A DNA stretch of 63,729 nt, filler included, from Octopus bimaculoides (Eukaryota), in assembly GCF_001194135.2 (NCBI RefSeq). It is 9 parts of 8 records of this genome, joined end to end, with 100 filler letters (N's around TTAATTAATTAA, not from the genome) between each part and the next. Parts side by side here need not be neighbours in the genome. Positions count along the whole stretch, not along the records: positions 42,925 to 48,250 come from NW_026334474.1; positions 48,351 to 53,148 come from NW_026379824.1; positions 53,249 to 57,413 come from NW_026408600.1; 6 more parts are not named here. The stretch is one strand, 5' to 3'. Positions 44,514 to 55,620 of this stretch are shown piece after piece (the stretch's first letter is position 1; each line of letters starts with the position of its first letter). The notes beneath the pieces were generated by a model. The model was given only the letters and a program-made list of their open reading frames with translations, did no database searches and was not told the origin of the DNA. The translations under genes and the position numbers were made by a program.

Positions 44514-44552
44514 CTGGATTTGAAATGAGAGGATGGTGCATGTATGCAGAAT
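44514..44552 (-). CDS. Candidate 39-nt (or 42-nt) phase 1-1 micro-exon: (D)SAYMHHPLISNP
   Basis: ctctgacatccag|ATTCTGCATACATGCACCATCCTCTCATTTCAAATCCAG|gtg|gtatcc: open in phase 1, with tandem in-frame donors (exon end 44514 or 44511). Both donors are weak. Confidence 0.45.
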
Positions 44553-45029
44553 CTGGATGTCAGAGATATATAATATTTCAAACAGCTAAATCTTGATACA
44601 TATTCTGTAAAATTTGGTCTTGTTGTGTAAGTCAATTATACAGTACATCTCATAAAAATTTTACTATGTTGGCTGGAAAAAGAAAGGTGCCCATCCAAAG
44701 CCTGAACAAATGGGTCTGTGATACTAGATGAGCTATGCAGTTCTTAAATTATAAATGCATATATGTATGTGTGTGAGGATGACTACATGGTAAATCTGAC
44801 TTCCAAATAACGTGTGGATAAAGACCCACTATGCAACAACTTCTGTGTGTTTCTTAAACTATAGCACTGTGCAAAGCAAAGGCTCATGAGTGGATTTGGT
44901 AGATGGAAACAGAATGAAACCAATTATGAATACAAACACTAACACACACACATACATATACACACACAAACACATATATGAAGATGTAAACAGATATATG
45001 AACATGAGTGTGTGTATACACATATATCA

Positions 45030-45300
45030 CAAGTGACCAACCTGACTGACCAGGTTATCAGATGCTGTTAGACATTGCTGGTCACAATGCGCTTTTGCAG
45101 TTTTTTAACTTTCAAATGACACTAACCTGCAACCTAGGCGAGCAGGTCAACATTCAGTCCTGATCGAAAGGGGAACTAGAGCAACGTGAAATGAAGTGTT
45201 TAGCTTAAAAAACACAATACACCACTCCATCAGGGAACTGAACTCACAATCTAGTGATAGTGAGTGCAATAGCCTAACCACTAGGCCATGTACTTTCACA
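45030..45300 (-). mobile_element. tRNA-derived SINE (family F) in the VWA-gene intron
   Basis: Minus strand catggcctagtggttagg (A-box) ... gagttcagttcc (B-box); a related fragment lies at 61505-61582. Confidence 0.72.
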
Positions 45301-45889
45301 CATATCTATTATATGTACACACAAAATAGCATGTATACTAATATGGTGTATGTAGATAGGTGTGTGTGTGTGTGCCCAAGTTTATGTATAATCGATATCC
45401 ACAATACATGACATGTAAAGCAATCTACTTGAAAATCTGATTTTTCATTCCATTTAACAATGTTAAAACATTTTGGGAGTATATGGCTTTATCAACTTCA
45501 ATTCTTGATATACTACCATTCATGACAAATGGTTCACATCAGCAGAGACATGAAAATTATGAAACAAAATATATCAATTTAAATTACACAGCACATCGCA
45601 ACCACAGAATAGGAAAGAGATATAAAGTAACATTTTCATGACCAATAAGTATGTTTCCAGCAGCAATTGCCTCAGGTTTTGGTATCCTGTATAATACAGT
45701 GACATAAAGAATGTAATAAAGTGACATAAAATGTAAGCAACAATAATTCACCATTTTCTGTAGTAAATATTTGCGTCCTGGTTGTGAGCAAAAATCAATA
45801 TGTATCAATGCTTCCTTAGATACATGAAGGTATAAAACATTGACCCATGGACCAAGAGCTATTGGTAATTATGATTAATCAAGCATTAC

Positions 45890-45904
45890 CTCAGTCATGA
45901 CAAT
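45890..45904 (-). CDS. Candidate 15-nt alternative exon carrying an in-frame stop (D-C-H-D-stop)
   Basis: tctttccatcag|ATTGTCATGACTGAG|gtaatg, 63 nt downstream of the 39-nt exon; in phase 1 it reads (G)AT TGT CAT GAC TGA. Confidence 0.4.
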
Positions 45905-45967
45905 CTGATGGAAAGACTTTCACAAGAGCGAAAAGATAGAGAATAAGAATAATATGAAATTTCTTAC

Positions 45968-46006
45968 CAGATGTATTTTGATGTGGAGTCGTCATTTCAG
46001 GCTCCG
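45968..46006 (-). CDS. 39-nt phase 1-1 micro-exon, probably of the VWA gene: (x)EPEMTTPHQNTS
   Basis: Minus strand ttttattttcttgttgctattttccaccttacag|CGGAGCCTGAAATGACGACTCCACATCAAAATACATCTG|gtaaga: long polypyrimidine tract, strong donor, length 3n, open in phase 1, same strand and same assembled piece as the VWA exon. Confidence 0.75.
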
Positions 46007-48051
46007 CTGTAAGGTGGAAAATAGCAACAAGAAAATAAAACATAATTATCAACTCCAGTAGTAGCAAGGATTCACCTTGACCTCAGACATTAGGGGAAAT
46101 GAAACTTCTATCCATACATAATCAAAATTTACCTAATCATTTGAAACAGCATTGCTATTTTAAGAAACTACCAAGCAATATAAAACACTTCTATAAAAAT
46201 ACCATGCACAATCTAGAAGAGAATCATTGAAAATCAACAACACACACCCATGACAAAATCACAAACACAACACAGAAATATCATTACCTATATTATATTA
46301 TGATGTTGTGATGAAGCACAAATTTTCCAATACATGGAAACATTCAAATATCCAAACAAAATGTAATATTTGTTAAAACACAACACAATTATTAAAATTC
46401 AATCACTTTAACTTACATACTTATCACTTAAAGTTTATCAGGTGGAAAGTATTTACAGATAGCTTATTTCAGCAGCATTTATTCATAAGTATTTCACTTT
46501 CTTACTATGCATTTTGTGAATAAACGTCCGACAATACACAAAAGTTTACTCAAGATTTTATATCATTTTCCAAACTTTACTGAGAGTGTCGCCACAACAA
46601 TATTTCATAACAATGCAATTGTTTCTAGTTCTATTTGGAGCCAACAAAACACAAATGTAACATTATACACATCAGGACACACTGTATTTTCTCAAGTAAC
46701 AGGGTCATTTCTTGTTAAAGTCAATTCTTTCACTCAGATATTCAATGAACAACATCACAAGGACACACTGCTGCAATTCATTTTCACAGCATACAGCAGA
46801 GAGTGGACAAAAAAATGCGGGAATAATAAGAAACAAGACAGCAAACATGTAACACTGATAACACCTTTTGGTTTTTAAAACGTTCCAGAAACTAACAAAT
46901 ATGATCCAGAAAGCATTTATACCAAATCAAAACATCATAACCAAGACAAAATCGTTAACATTACAAAAAAATTTTACTAACCATTTATGATGTCATAATA
47001 AAACATAATTTTTCAAACCTCGAATATCCAAGTGTAAAGAGTAGTATGGATTAAAACAGATCAAATTTCATCTAATTCAATAAATTTCAGCTACATACTT
47101 ATCAATTTGAGTCCCTCAAGTGCAGCATATTTCCAGATACCTCCATAAATTAGAATTTATTCGTGAGTATATTTTTTCTCATCCTGTTTCTCGTGAATTA
47201 ACATCCCATCCTCAACATGCATTTTCACATTTTGTTTGTCGGCCTTTTCAAAACTTTACATATTGTGCCCATGTAAACGACAAACAGCAATACTTCATAA
47301 CTAGGCAATTGTCTCTTACATTAATTCATTGGTTCATACATGCACACGGGACATTACAGTAATGGCAACATATCCTTTAACGTCAATTGTTGCTCTCTAA
47401 GATTCAATGAATAAAACCAAAACAACTCCTATTCCATTTCACTGCACACAGCAGACATCAAATGCAATTCATAAGACACAAAGAACATTCATATTAAAAC
47501 ACTAAAGAAATTCAAACACAGAATAAAGGNNNNNNNNNNNNNNNNNNNNNNNNNNNNNNNNNNNNNNNNNNNNNNNNNNNNNNNNNNNNNNNNNNNNNNN
47601 NNNNNNNNNNNNNNNNNNNNNNNNNNNNNNNNNNNNNNNNNNNNNNNNNNNNNNNNNNNNNNNNNNNNNNNNNNNNNNNNNNNNNNNNNNNNNNNNNNNN
47701 NNNNNNNNNNNNNNNNNNNNNNNNNNNNNNNNNNNNNNNNNNNNNNNNNNNNNNNNNNNNNNNNNNNNNNNNNNNNNNNNNNNNNNNNNNNNNNNNNNNN
47801 NNNNNNNNNNNNNNNNNNNNNNNNNNNNNNNNNNNNNNNNNNNNNNNNNNNNNNNNNNNNNNNNNNNNNNNNNNNNNNNNNNNNNNNNNNNNNNNNNNNN
47901 NNNNNNNNNNNNNNNNNNNNNNNNNNNNNNNNNNNNNNNNNNNNNNNNNNNNNNNNNNNNNNNNNNNNNNNNNNNNNNNNNNNNNNNNNNNNNNNNNNNN
48001 NNNNNNNNNNNNNNNNNNNNNNNNNNNNNNNNNNNNNNNNNNNNNNNNNNN

Positions 48052-48250
48052 ATCAGTTATGAGGAAAATGATATTAGGAACACCGGCTCTGTCACCATTT
48101 ACTGCTGTGAACATCTGTGTTCTGGCTGTGTGCAGACCTCCATATGTATTTGTGCTTCCATACACATAGGCAATGTTGTCAATAGCATCGACGATATCAA
48201 GCTTTGAACTGTAGCGATTCAAATGAAACTCAACCTCTACATCAGTGCTA
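48052..48250 (-). CDS. Partial exon encoding a von Willebrand factor type A (VWA) domain (collagen VI/matrilin-like extracellular protein), truncated by gaps at both ends
   Basis: Stop-free translation STDVEVEFHLNRYSSKLDIVDAIDNIAYVYGSTNTYGGLHTARTQMFTAVNGDRAGVPNIIFLITD. It has the VWA hallmarks (F.LN.Y, G.TNT..GL, MF....GDR..VPN...LITD[G]) and non-repetitive sequence. The ORF-track M is only an alternative TTG start. Confidence 0.93.
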
Positions 48251-48382
48251 NNNNNNNNNNNNNNNNNNNNNNNNNNNNNNNNNNNNNNNNNNNNTTAATT
48301 AATTAANNNNNNNNNNNNNNNNNNNNNNNNNNNNNNNNNNNNNNNNNNNNATATATATATATATATATATACACATATGTAC

Positions 48383-48994
48383 ATGATTTATATGGCAAGC
48401 GGCTTTATTAAGACCGTGCTAAAAGTGAAACGACTGCATCGCAGAAGATTCACGTTAGCTATTTTTAACATACACATGATAGACCGTTATTCAATTTTAC
48501 TTGACACTTTGTGGGATCATAGTGTCCCATATTTTCGCTGCACATCTCCGACTTGAAAGTCACACGAGTTAGCAGGTGTGTACACACACACAAACACACA
48601 CACGCACGATTACTTGTATCAGCATAAGTCCCTGGTCATGCTTGGGCACCATGTAATTGATGTGATTGTTAATTTATTTCATGTAATTTCTAAGGCTCCT
48701 CCCTCCGTGTTTGATTTTTTAACTTTTCAGTGAATGTGTTGAACAAAGCTATTTTCATCATTGTTTCTTGTTTAGATATGGGTGAATCTGTTGTCTCAAA
48801 TGATAAATAAAATATTGCCAGTTTTTCTGGGTTTTTATTTTTTTTTTATTTTTATACATCCACATCTAGCACTCGTAAATCTTGTATTATTTTTTTTAGT
48901 ATTCAAATGTTGTGAACCTTTGACACGTATATTTGCAACCATACATCCATCTATCCACACACACAAGTATCGTTGTAAGAAATAAAGGAAGATG

Positions 48995-49040
<46 letters not shown>

Positions 49041-49561
49041 GCAGTTAGGCAGACAGATAGATAGATAGGCAGTTAGGCAGACAGATAGATAGGCAGTTAG
49101 GTAGACAGACAGATAGATAGTCAGATAGAAAGATAGACAGTTAGTTAGGCAGACAGATTGGCAGACAGATAGGTAGATAAATACATAGATAGATAGTTAG
49201 ATAAATAGATAGACACAGATGGATGGATAGACAGACGGATAAATAGATGCCTATGTGGACAATTACGTCGTGATAGGACACATTACATAAAATTAGCTAT
49301 CGTTTCATTTTTTGTAATATTATTTCCACATCCTACAAAGTGTCAATATAATAGTAATGATAAATTACGTCGTGCCTTTAACGATCGAATAGCGAAAATA
49401 TGGGACACTTTACAGTGTTATAATCCTATTAAGTGTCAAGTAAAAACGAATACACATATAACGGTATATGTATGTTAAAAATAGGTATCGTGTTCTTCCG
49501 CGGTGCAGTTGTTTCACTTTTAGCACACGGTCTTAATGAAGTCACTTGCCATATAAATCAT
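48383..49561. mobile_element. About 1.18-kb fold-back element or inverted repeat pair with about 160-170 bp arms (48383-48540 and 49391-49561)
   Basis: Left arm atgatttatatggcaagcggctttattaagaccgtgctaaaagtgaaac...ctatttttaacatac...accgttat...ttttacttgacactt...agtgtcccatattttcgct aligns with the reverse complement of 49391-49561. The interior is non-coding and includes a (GATA/GACA) compound satellite. Confidence 0.8.
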
Positions 49562-49588
49562 CTCTTTCTCTCTCTCTCTCTGTGTATG

Positions 49589-49627
<39 letters not shown>

Positions 49628-49821
49628 NNNNNNNNNNNNNNNNNNNNNNNNNNNNNNNNNNNNNNNNNNNNNNNNNNNNNNNNNNNNNNNNNNNNNNNNN
49701 NNNNNNNNNNNNNNNNNNNNNNNNNNNNNNNNNNNNNNNNNNNNNNNNNNNNNNNNNNNNNNNNNNNNNNNNNNNNNNNNNNNNNNNNNNNNNNNNNNNN
49801 NNNNNNNNNNNNNNNNNNNNN

Positions 49822-49855
<34 letters not shown>

Positions 49856-49974
49856 ACCATATATACATATACCCCAGGGCAGCCTTCGATTTTCTATGCA
49901 GAGGGATTTTTTAATCCGATATTTATGCGCTATTATTTTTAACTTTATCTACTTCGAGATCCACTCTTCTAAAA

Positions 49975-50027
<53 letters not shown>

Positions 50028-50919
50028 TAGATAGATGGTGTGCAGATTGCAGATTATATTCTCACTTCTTTTATACTATCAATTTCTACATAAATGAATG
50101 AATGAAATTTTTTGTCTTGTTACTTTCTTTAAACCTACTGGGAGTTCCCATAGCAATTCGTTAGCACTTTCTCCGCATCAATCCTTTCTTTCATTCTCAT
50201 TTCTACTTATTAAATATTTTCTTTGTGGCGGGATGTTGTACTGTTGTTCTTTTGTTTCATATATTTTCGATCTTTTTATTTTTCTCATTATCTTTTCGTT
50301 CTCGCCTTCCCCCCCACTTTCATTATTTTCTTTCCTTCACATTTTCCTTTCTTCACTCCTTGAAGGGGGGGGGGTTCTTTTATACCAATTCTTTCCTTGC
50401 ATTCATTCTTTTCCTTTATTTCGTTTCCTTCTTTTTCTTTGCCATTCCTATTTCTTTAGTCTCTTCGATTCTTTCATCTGCTTCTTTCTTTCGTTCTCAT
50501 TTCCTTCCCTTTCTCTTTCATTCTTCTCCATATATTCCTGCATACATTTACCGTTTCTCTTTTCATTCCCGCCTTCTCGTTCGTGTTTCCCAAAGAGGTG
50601 GCGGCGGCAGTGTAGAAATGTAGATTGTCGCCCTAGTCTTGCAGTTGCACTAGACTGCAGTGTCGGCATTTGATATCGTGTCAAGACGTTCTGTCGACTT
50701 CGGGCGTCTTCACAGCGGACGGAATTTTGGTTGAACGTAACCATAGACGGATGTTGTATGGAAGTTAAGCTGCAGAGGATGATGTGACGTCTGCCGATAA
50801 TGTGTAGTAACAGTTTTGTTGATAGGGTCGTCTTGTGCTCTGATATCACTTCTACTCAAAGGCTTGTGTGTGAGTGTGTGTCTTTTCGATTCTCTCGCTC
50901 AAAGACATTTAGATTTGTA

Positions 50920-50998
<79 letters not shown>

Positions 50999-51375
50999 NN
51001 NNNNNNNNNNNNNNNNNNNNNNNNNNNNNNNNNNNNNNNNNNNNNNNNNNNNNNNNNNNNNNNNNNNNNNNNNNNNNNNNNNNNNNNNNNNNNNNNNNNN
51101 NNNNNNNNNNNNNNNNNNNNNNNNNNNNNNNNNNNNNNNNNNNNNNNNNNNNNNNNNNNNNNNNNNNNNNNNNNNNNNNNNNNNNNNNNNNNNNNNNNNN
51201 NNNNNNNNNNNNNNNNNNNNNNNNNNNNNNNNNNNNNNNNNNNNNNNNNNNNNNNNNNNNNNNNNNNNNNNNNNNNNNNNNNNNNNNNNNNNNNNNNNNN
51301 NNNNNNNNNNNNNNNNNNNNNNNNNNNNNNNNNNNNNNNNNNNNNNNNNNNNNNNNNNNNNNNNNNNNNNNNATA

Positions 51376-51461
<86 letters not shown>

Positions 51462-52054
51462 CTGTCTCTAATGAATAAACATAATGTATGTGTTAATGTT
51501 TGTGAATCAGTGTGAGCATTATATATATATTTATATATACTCGCACATAGATATACGTAGGTTTAAATTAAATCGGGTTTTCCGTCGGCTTCGACGGTGA
51601 ATATTCCAGTTCGATCAACAGAGCTTCCCTAGTCATTGAATTATTGTCTAAGTAGCTAAGTGTTCTGTGAATACATGTACACTTAGGGTCAGCGTGACAG
51701 ACACGGTGAGGAACAGAGCTGGACCTTTGAGTTAGAGATAAAAATCCATCCGAGTGTAGCTTTCTTAGTTTTCGTCTTCTCACCCTTTTACTCTCAGGAC
51801 TTAGGTCAATCCGAGGCTATAGTGAAAGATAATGGCTAAAAGGCCGCGTAGAGAGATCGAAGCCGGATGCTCATGATTGCGAAGCGAACTTTTTAACCGT
51901 ATCGGCCACACACACAAATGGCGAGTGTAGAGGGTGGTCGTAGGTGTCCCGATTAAATTCAGGAATACGTGTATTTCGTTCTTGGATTTCTCTCTCTCGT
52001 TCTCTCCCTCACCCCTCTCTCCCTCTACATATATATATATATATATACATACAC

Positions 52055-52088
<34 letters not shown>

Positions 52089-52272
52089 TTAGTTCATTAT
52101 GATACATGATTTAAGTATATGTTTGAGATATTTCTCAACGTATGAAACTATATTTATAGCAATTAAAGACACGTATTGTGTTCTTTAAATAATATTTATC
52201 TCTCACCAGATGGAGTACTTTTTTTTGTTGAATTTTCTATCACGGAACAGTACATTATATATTATATATATA

Positions 52273-52314
52273 TAATCTGGCGAAGGCTAACGAGTCGAAA
52301 CGTCGACGTTATTA
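52273..52314 (+). ncRNA. Minimal type-I hammerhead-ribozyme-like motif (one core mismatch, A6G)
   Basis: TAAT-CTGGCGA-A-GGC(taacga)GTC-GAAA-CGT cg ACG-TT|ATTA: helix I TAAT/ATTA, helix II GGC/GTC, palindromic helix III (AACGTCGACGTT), GUU cleavage triplet. Confidence 0.55.
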
Positions 52315-52599
52315 ATACCCTTGTAAAAGTTTAATAAATATTTACTCTACTAAAAAGTATTGACTAATCCTACAGTTTAATGGTAAATCTTATGTATAAC
52401 CTGACATAGAAACAAACATTACCGCGCGCGCACACACACACACACGCACACGCACACGCACACGCACACGCACACACACACACACACACACAACTTCAAT
52501 TTCCACATCTGGGTACACACCTATATGTAATATATGCTCTCCCACACTGATGGGTGTGTGTATATGTTTGTGTGTATGTATATGTATATATACGTATAT

Positions 52600-52651
<52 letters not shown>

Positions 52652-52812
52652 ACATAGTGTATATATGTGTGTATATATATATGTGTGTGTGTATATATAT
52701 ATGTGTGTATATATATATGTGTGTGTATATATATATGTGTATATGTATATATGTATGTATATGTATATATATGTATATGTATATGTATGGATATGTGTAT
52801 GTATATATATAT

Positions 52813-52847
<35 letters not shown>

Positions 52848-52903
52848 TATATGTATATGTACCTGTATATATGTATATATATACATGTATATATATGTAT
52901 ATA

Positions 52904-53148
52904 TCCTGGATCTTAAGAACCTTCCGATTCACAGAACAAGGTGTCATCATTCCACTTTTCTCCTCCTTTGTACGGCAACACCTCGAATACTGCTGCCCCT
53001 TGAGGTCTCCCCATACAAAACAGAACATCTCGAAAATTGAATCACCCCTGAGGGAACTCACTGAACGAATCAAAGGCATGACTGATCTCGATTACTGCGA
53101 CCGCCTTAAAGCCTTGAAACTCTACTCTCTCCAGCGCCGCCGCGAGCG
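52904..53148 (+). mobile_element. CR1/L2-clade LINE RT C-terminal fragment, cut by a scaffold join
   Basis: [81 protein letters not shown] (R.HLEYC...WSP and LYSLQRRRE motifs); same family as the 28.2-28.8 kb copy. Confidence 0.88.
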
Positions 53149-53250
53149 NNNNNNNNNNNNNNNNNNNNNNNNNNNNNNNNNNNNNNNNNNNNTTAATTAA
53201 TTAANNNNNNNNNNNNNNNNNNNNNNNNNNNNNNNNNNNNNNNNNNNNAT

Positions 53251-53585
53251 ACACTTACATGTCAACAGTCCACTCTACCTAGGTGTAGGTAGGTATCAGT
53301 GTAGATTAGTTCAATGTACTGTGTCTGTGAACAACACACTGAACTGTCAACAGTCCAGTCTACCTAGCTGTCAGTTGGTACCACAATGTGGTATACTTCA
53401 CTTTACTGTGTTCATGACCAACACATTTAAATGTCAGCAGTCCATTCAACCTAACTATAAGTAGGTATCACAATGTGATATAGTCCACTGTATTGTCTCC
53501 ATGACCAACACACTTAACAGTCCACCTCACTGTACGTAGATACCACAGTGTGGTATACTTCACTGTACTGGGTCCATAGCCAACT
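53251..53585. repeat. Diverged about 85-bp tandem repeat, 4 units
   Basis: tgtcaacagtcc anchors at 53260, 53345, 53432 and about 53512 (partly deleted). Confidence 0.8.
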
Positions 53586-54721
53586 TTTATTTTGATTCTC
53601 ACATATAAAAGCTATGATTTTCATCAAAGTACAGAGAGATTCCAAATAAGATATATGAAGCTCACAGAGTCATTTTGTGAGCTTTGGTCACCCTGTGTTG
53701 TAAATAGATTGGGTACCCTCTATGTTAAACGTAAAATAATTTTCACTACAACAAACATACATGTATCAAGTGTGACATGCAGTTTTACACAAATGAAACA
53801 GACAAACTTTTAAAACATGTTACTTTTCTTAATTATCTAGTTAATATTAAAGTACATGGATCGCTGAGCTTAATTGTACAGAGTGGTTAACTGGAATTTG
53901 AGAAGTACAGAGGCTGATTCTCTGTAGCGGCTTCCTGGCCACTTTCTAAAAAAGGCAGTGAGCCAGCACATTGAGTGAGATGCTTAGTGACACTGTGTCT
54001 GTTTTTACATTCTGAGAGTTCAAATTCTGCCAAGATCACCTTTGGGGTGCATAAAATTGCACACTGGGGGTTTAATGGCCTGTTAAAAAGAGGGAAAGTA
54101 CATATTTTATTACCATTACTTTTCAGAATAAAATTATTACTTAACTCTTAAAAATAACTTTATTCTACCAAGCTCAGCAAGAACTTCATTATTTAACATA
54201 TACAGACTTACAGACTTTTCAAAACTTTGCATAGACTAAAGATTTTACTCATAATTTAATGCACTCACAAAAAATTTATCATATTTTTTCCAAAGACTAA
54301 CTCCAAAAAACTTTAGAATGACTAAAGATTTATCTCAGTCCCAAAGCACAAATTTAGCCTACTTCTAGACCGCTCAATAAAGAGTTTGTTTATATTCAAT
54401 TCCAAAAGTTTTTCCAACAGATTATTGGAACCAGCTATATTGTTCCAAACTGCAGCAATCCTTACTTTCGCTAAAAATTAGTTATTCTGTATAGTCACAT
54501 TGAACAGGAAAGATTGTTCAACATTGTTAGGCAGACAGTCGCTCTAGATGGTTCAATCTTAGTATCCAGAGCTCACAACACCATTTTTCAACTTCAAGCT
54601 TGAAGCAGAATTGCTGAAAAGCGCTAAAAGGCAGCTTTTAATTATAATAATAAGCACAAGAAAGACTAAAAACTTAAACATGACTTGAATGTTATTAACT
54701 TGTGTTATACTTACTCTATGG

Positions 54722-55282
54722 AGGCGCAATGGCCCAGTGGTTAGGGCAGCGGACTCGCGGTTTCGATTCCCAGACCGGGTGTTGTGAGTGTTTATTGAGC
54801 GAAAACACCTAAAGCTCCACGAGGCTCCGGCAGGGGATGGTGGCGAACCCTGCTGTACACTTCTACCACAACTTTCTCTCACTCTTACTTCCTGTTTCTG
54901 TTGGGTACTACTAAAGCAGCACGGTCCCGAACGCGCAGTCGCGAGTGGTCGATCTTAACCCTAACCCTAAACATGTATTCATTTACACACGCAGGTTAGG
55001 GTTAGGGTCAGGGCTAGGATCGACCACTCACGACTAGCTAGCGCGGACGCGCGTTCAGGACCGTGCTGCTTTAGTAGTACCTTTCTGTTGTGCCTGTAAT
55101 TGAAAGGGTCAGCCTTGTCACACTGTGTCACGCTGAATATCCCCGAGAACTACGTTAAGGTTACACGTGTCTGTGGAGTGCTCAGCCACTTGCACGTTAA
55201 TTTCACGAGCAGGCTGTTCCGTTGATCGGATCAACTGGAACCCTTGACGTTGTAAGCGACGGAGTGCCAGCAACAACAACAT
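54722..55282 (+). mobile_element. Complete tRNA-derived SINE with an 11-bp TSD (TTACTCTATGG) and (CAA)n tail, interrupted by the 54904-55081 MITE
   Basis: A-box TGGCCCAGTGG at 54730-54740, B-box-like GGTTTCGATTCC at 54759-54770, TSD at 54711-54721 and 55283-55293. Confidence 0.85.
54904..55081. mobile_element. 178-bp palindromic MITE with perfect 9-bp TSD (TTTCTGTTG), about 66-bp arms with CCCTAA/TTAGGG repeats, nested in a SINE; Mutator-like by TSD length
   Basis: TSD at 54895-54903 and 55082-55090. The first 24 bp of the arms are perfectly complementary (GGTACTACTAAAGCAGCACGGTCC); the inner arms are ttaaccctaaccctaa and gttagggttagggtcaggg. Confidence 0.9.
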
Positions 55283-55620
55283 TTACTCTATGGTTCTGCT
55301 ATTTATGTTCTTAACTTGACTGGTTCTGTTGTTTATACTCTAGCTTTGAGTTATATTTACAATACACATTTGTTCTTTCTTATCTCACAAAAAGGATATT
55401 AATAAAAGCGCTACATTTCGTTGTTTACTGTAGATATCAAGTGACATTGAATCTCAATTGTACTCACACTAAAACTGGTTCTTCCAGAAAATTTGAGATA
55501 TTTCACTACTTTTTATCCTTTCTCACTACATTTTCTAGCTCCAGGTTCGATTTCTCACGACTTTTCAGGGTAGGCAAGTCTGGATTTAACGTTCGTGGGA
55601 TTATGATCAAGAACTGTGTT

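Noticed and set aside
44640-46215. Additional AG...GT segments on the minus strand (8 nt near 44665, 26 nt at 45752-45777, 22 nt near 46131, 19 nt near 46171, 10 nt near 46201)
   Set aside because: Lengths not 3n or early stops in phase 1; expected by chance in a T-rich intron.
50560-50870. GC/CpG-richer unique island with ORFs on both strands
   Set aside because: Stops in the plus frames after the best acceptor, and no recognisable domain in the minus-strand ORF; cannot be supported as exon or promoter.
54955-55010. TTAGGG repeats as a true telomere or chromosome fusion scar
   Set aside because: Only 2-4 units, embedded in TIR arms bounded by a TSD; element-borne, not telomeric.
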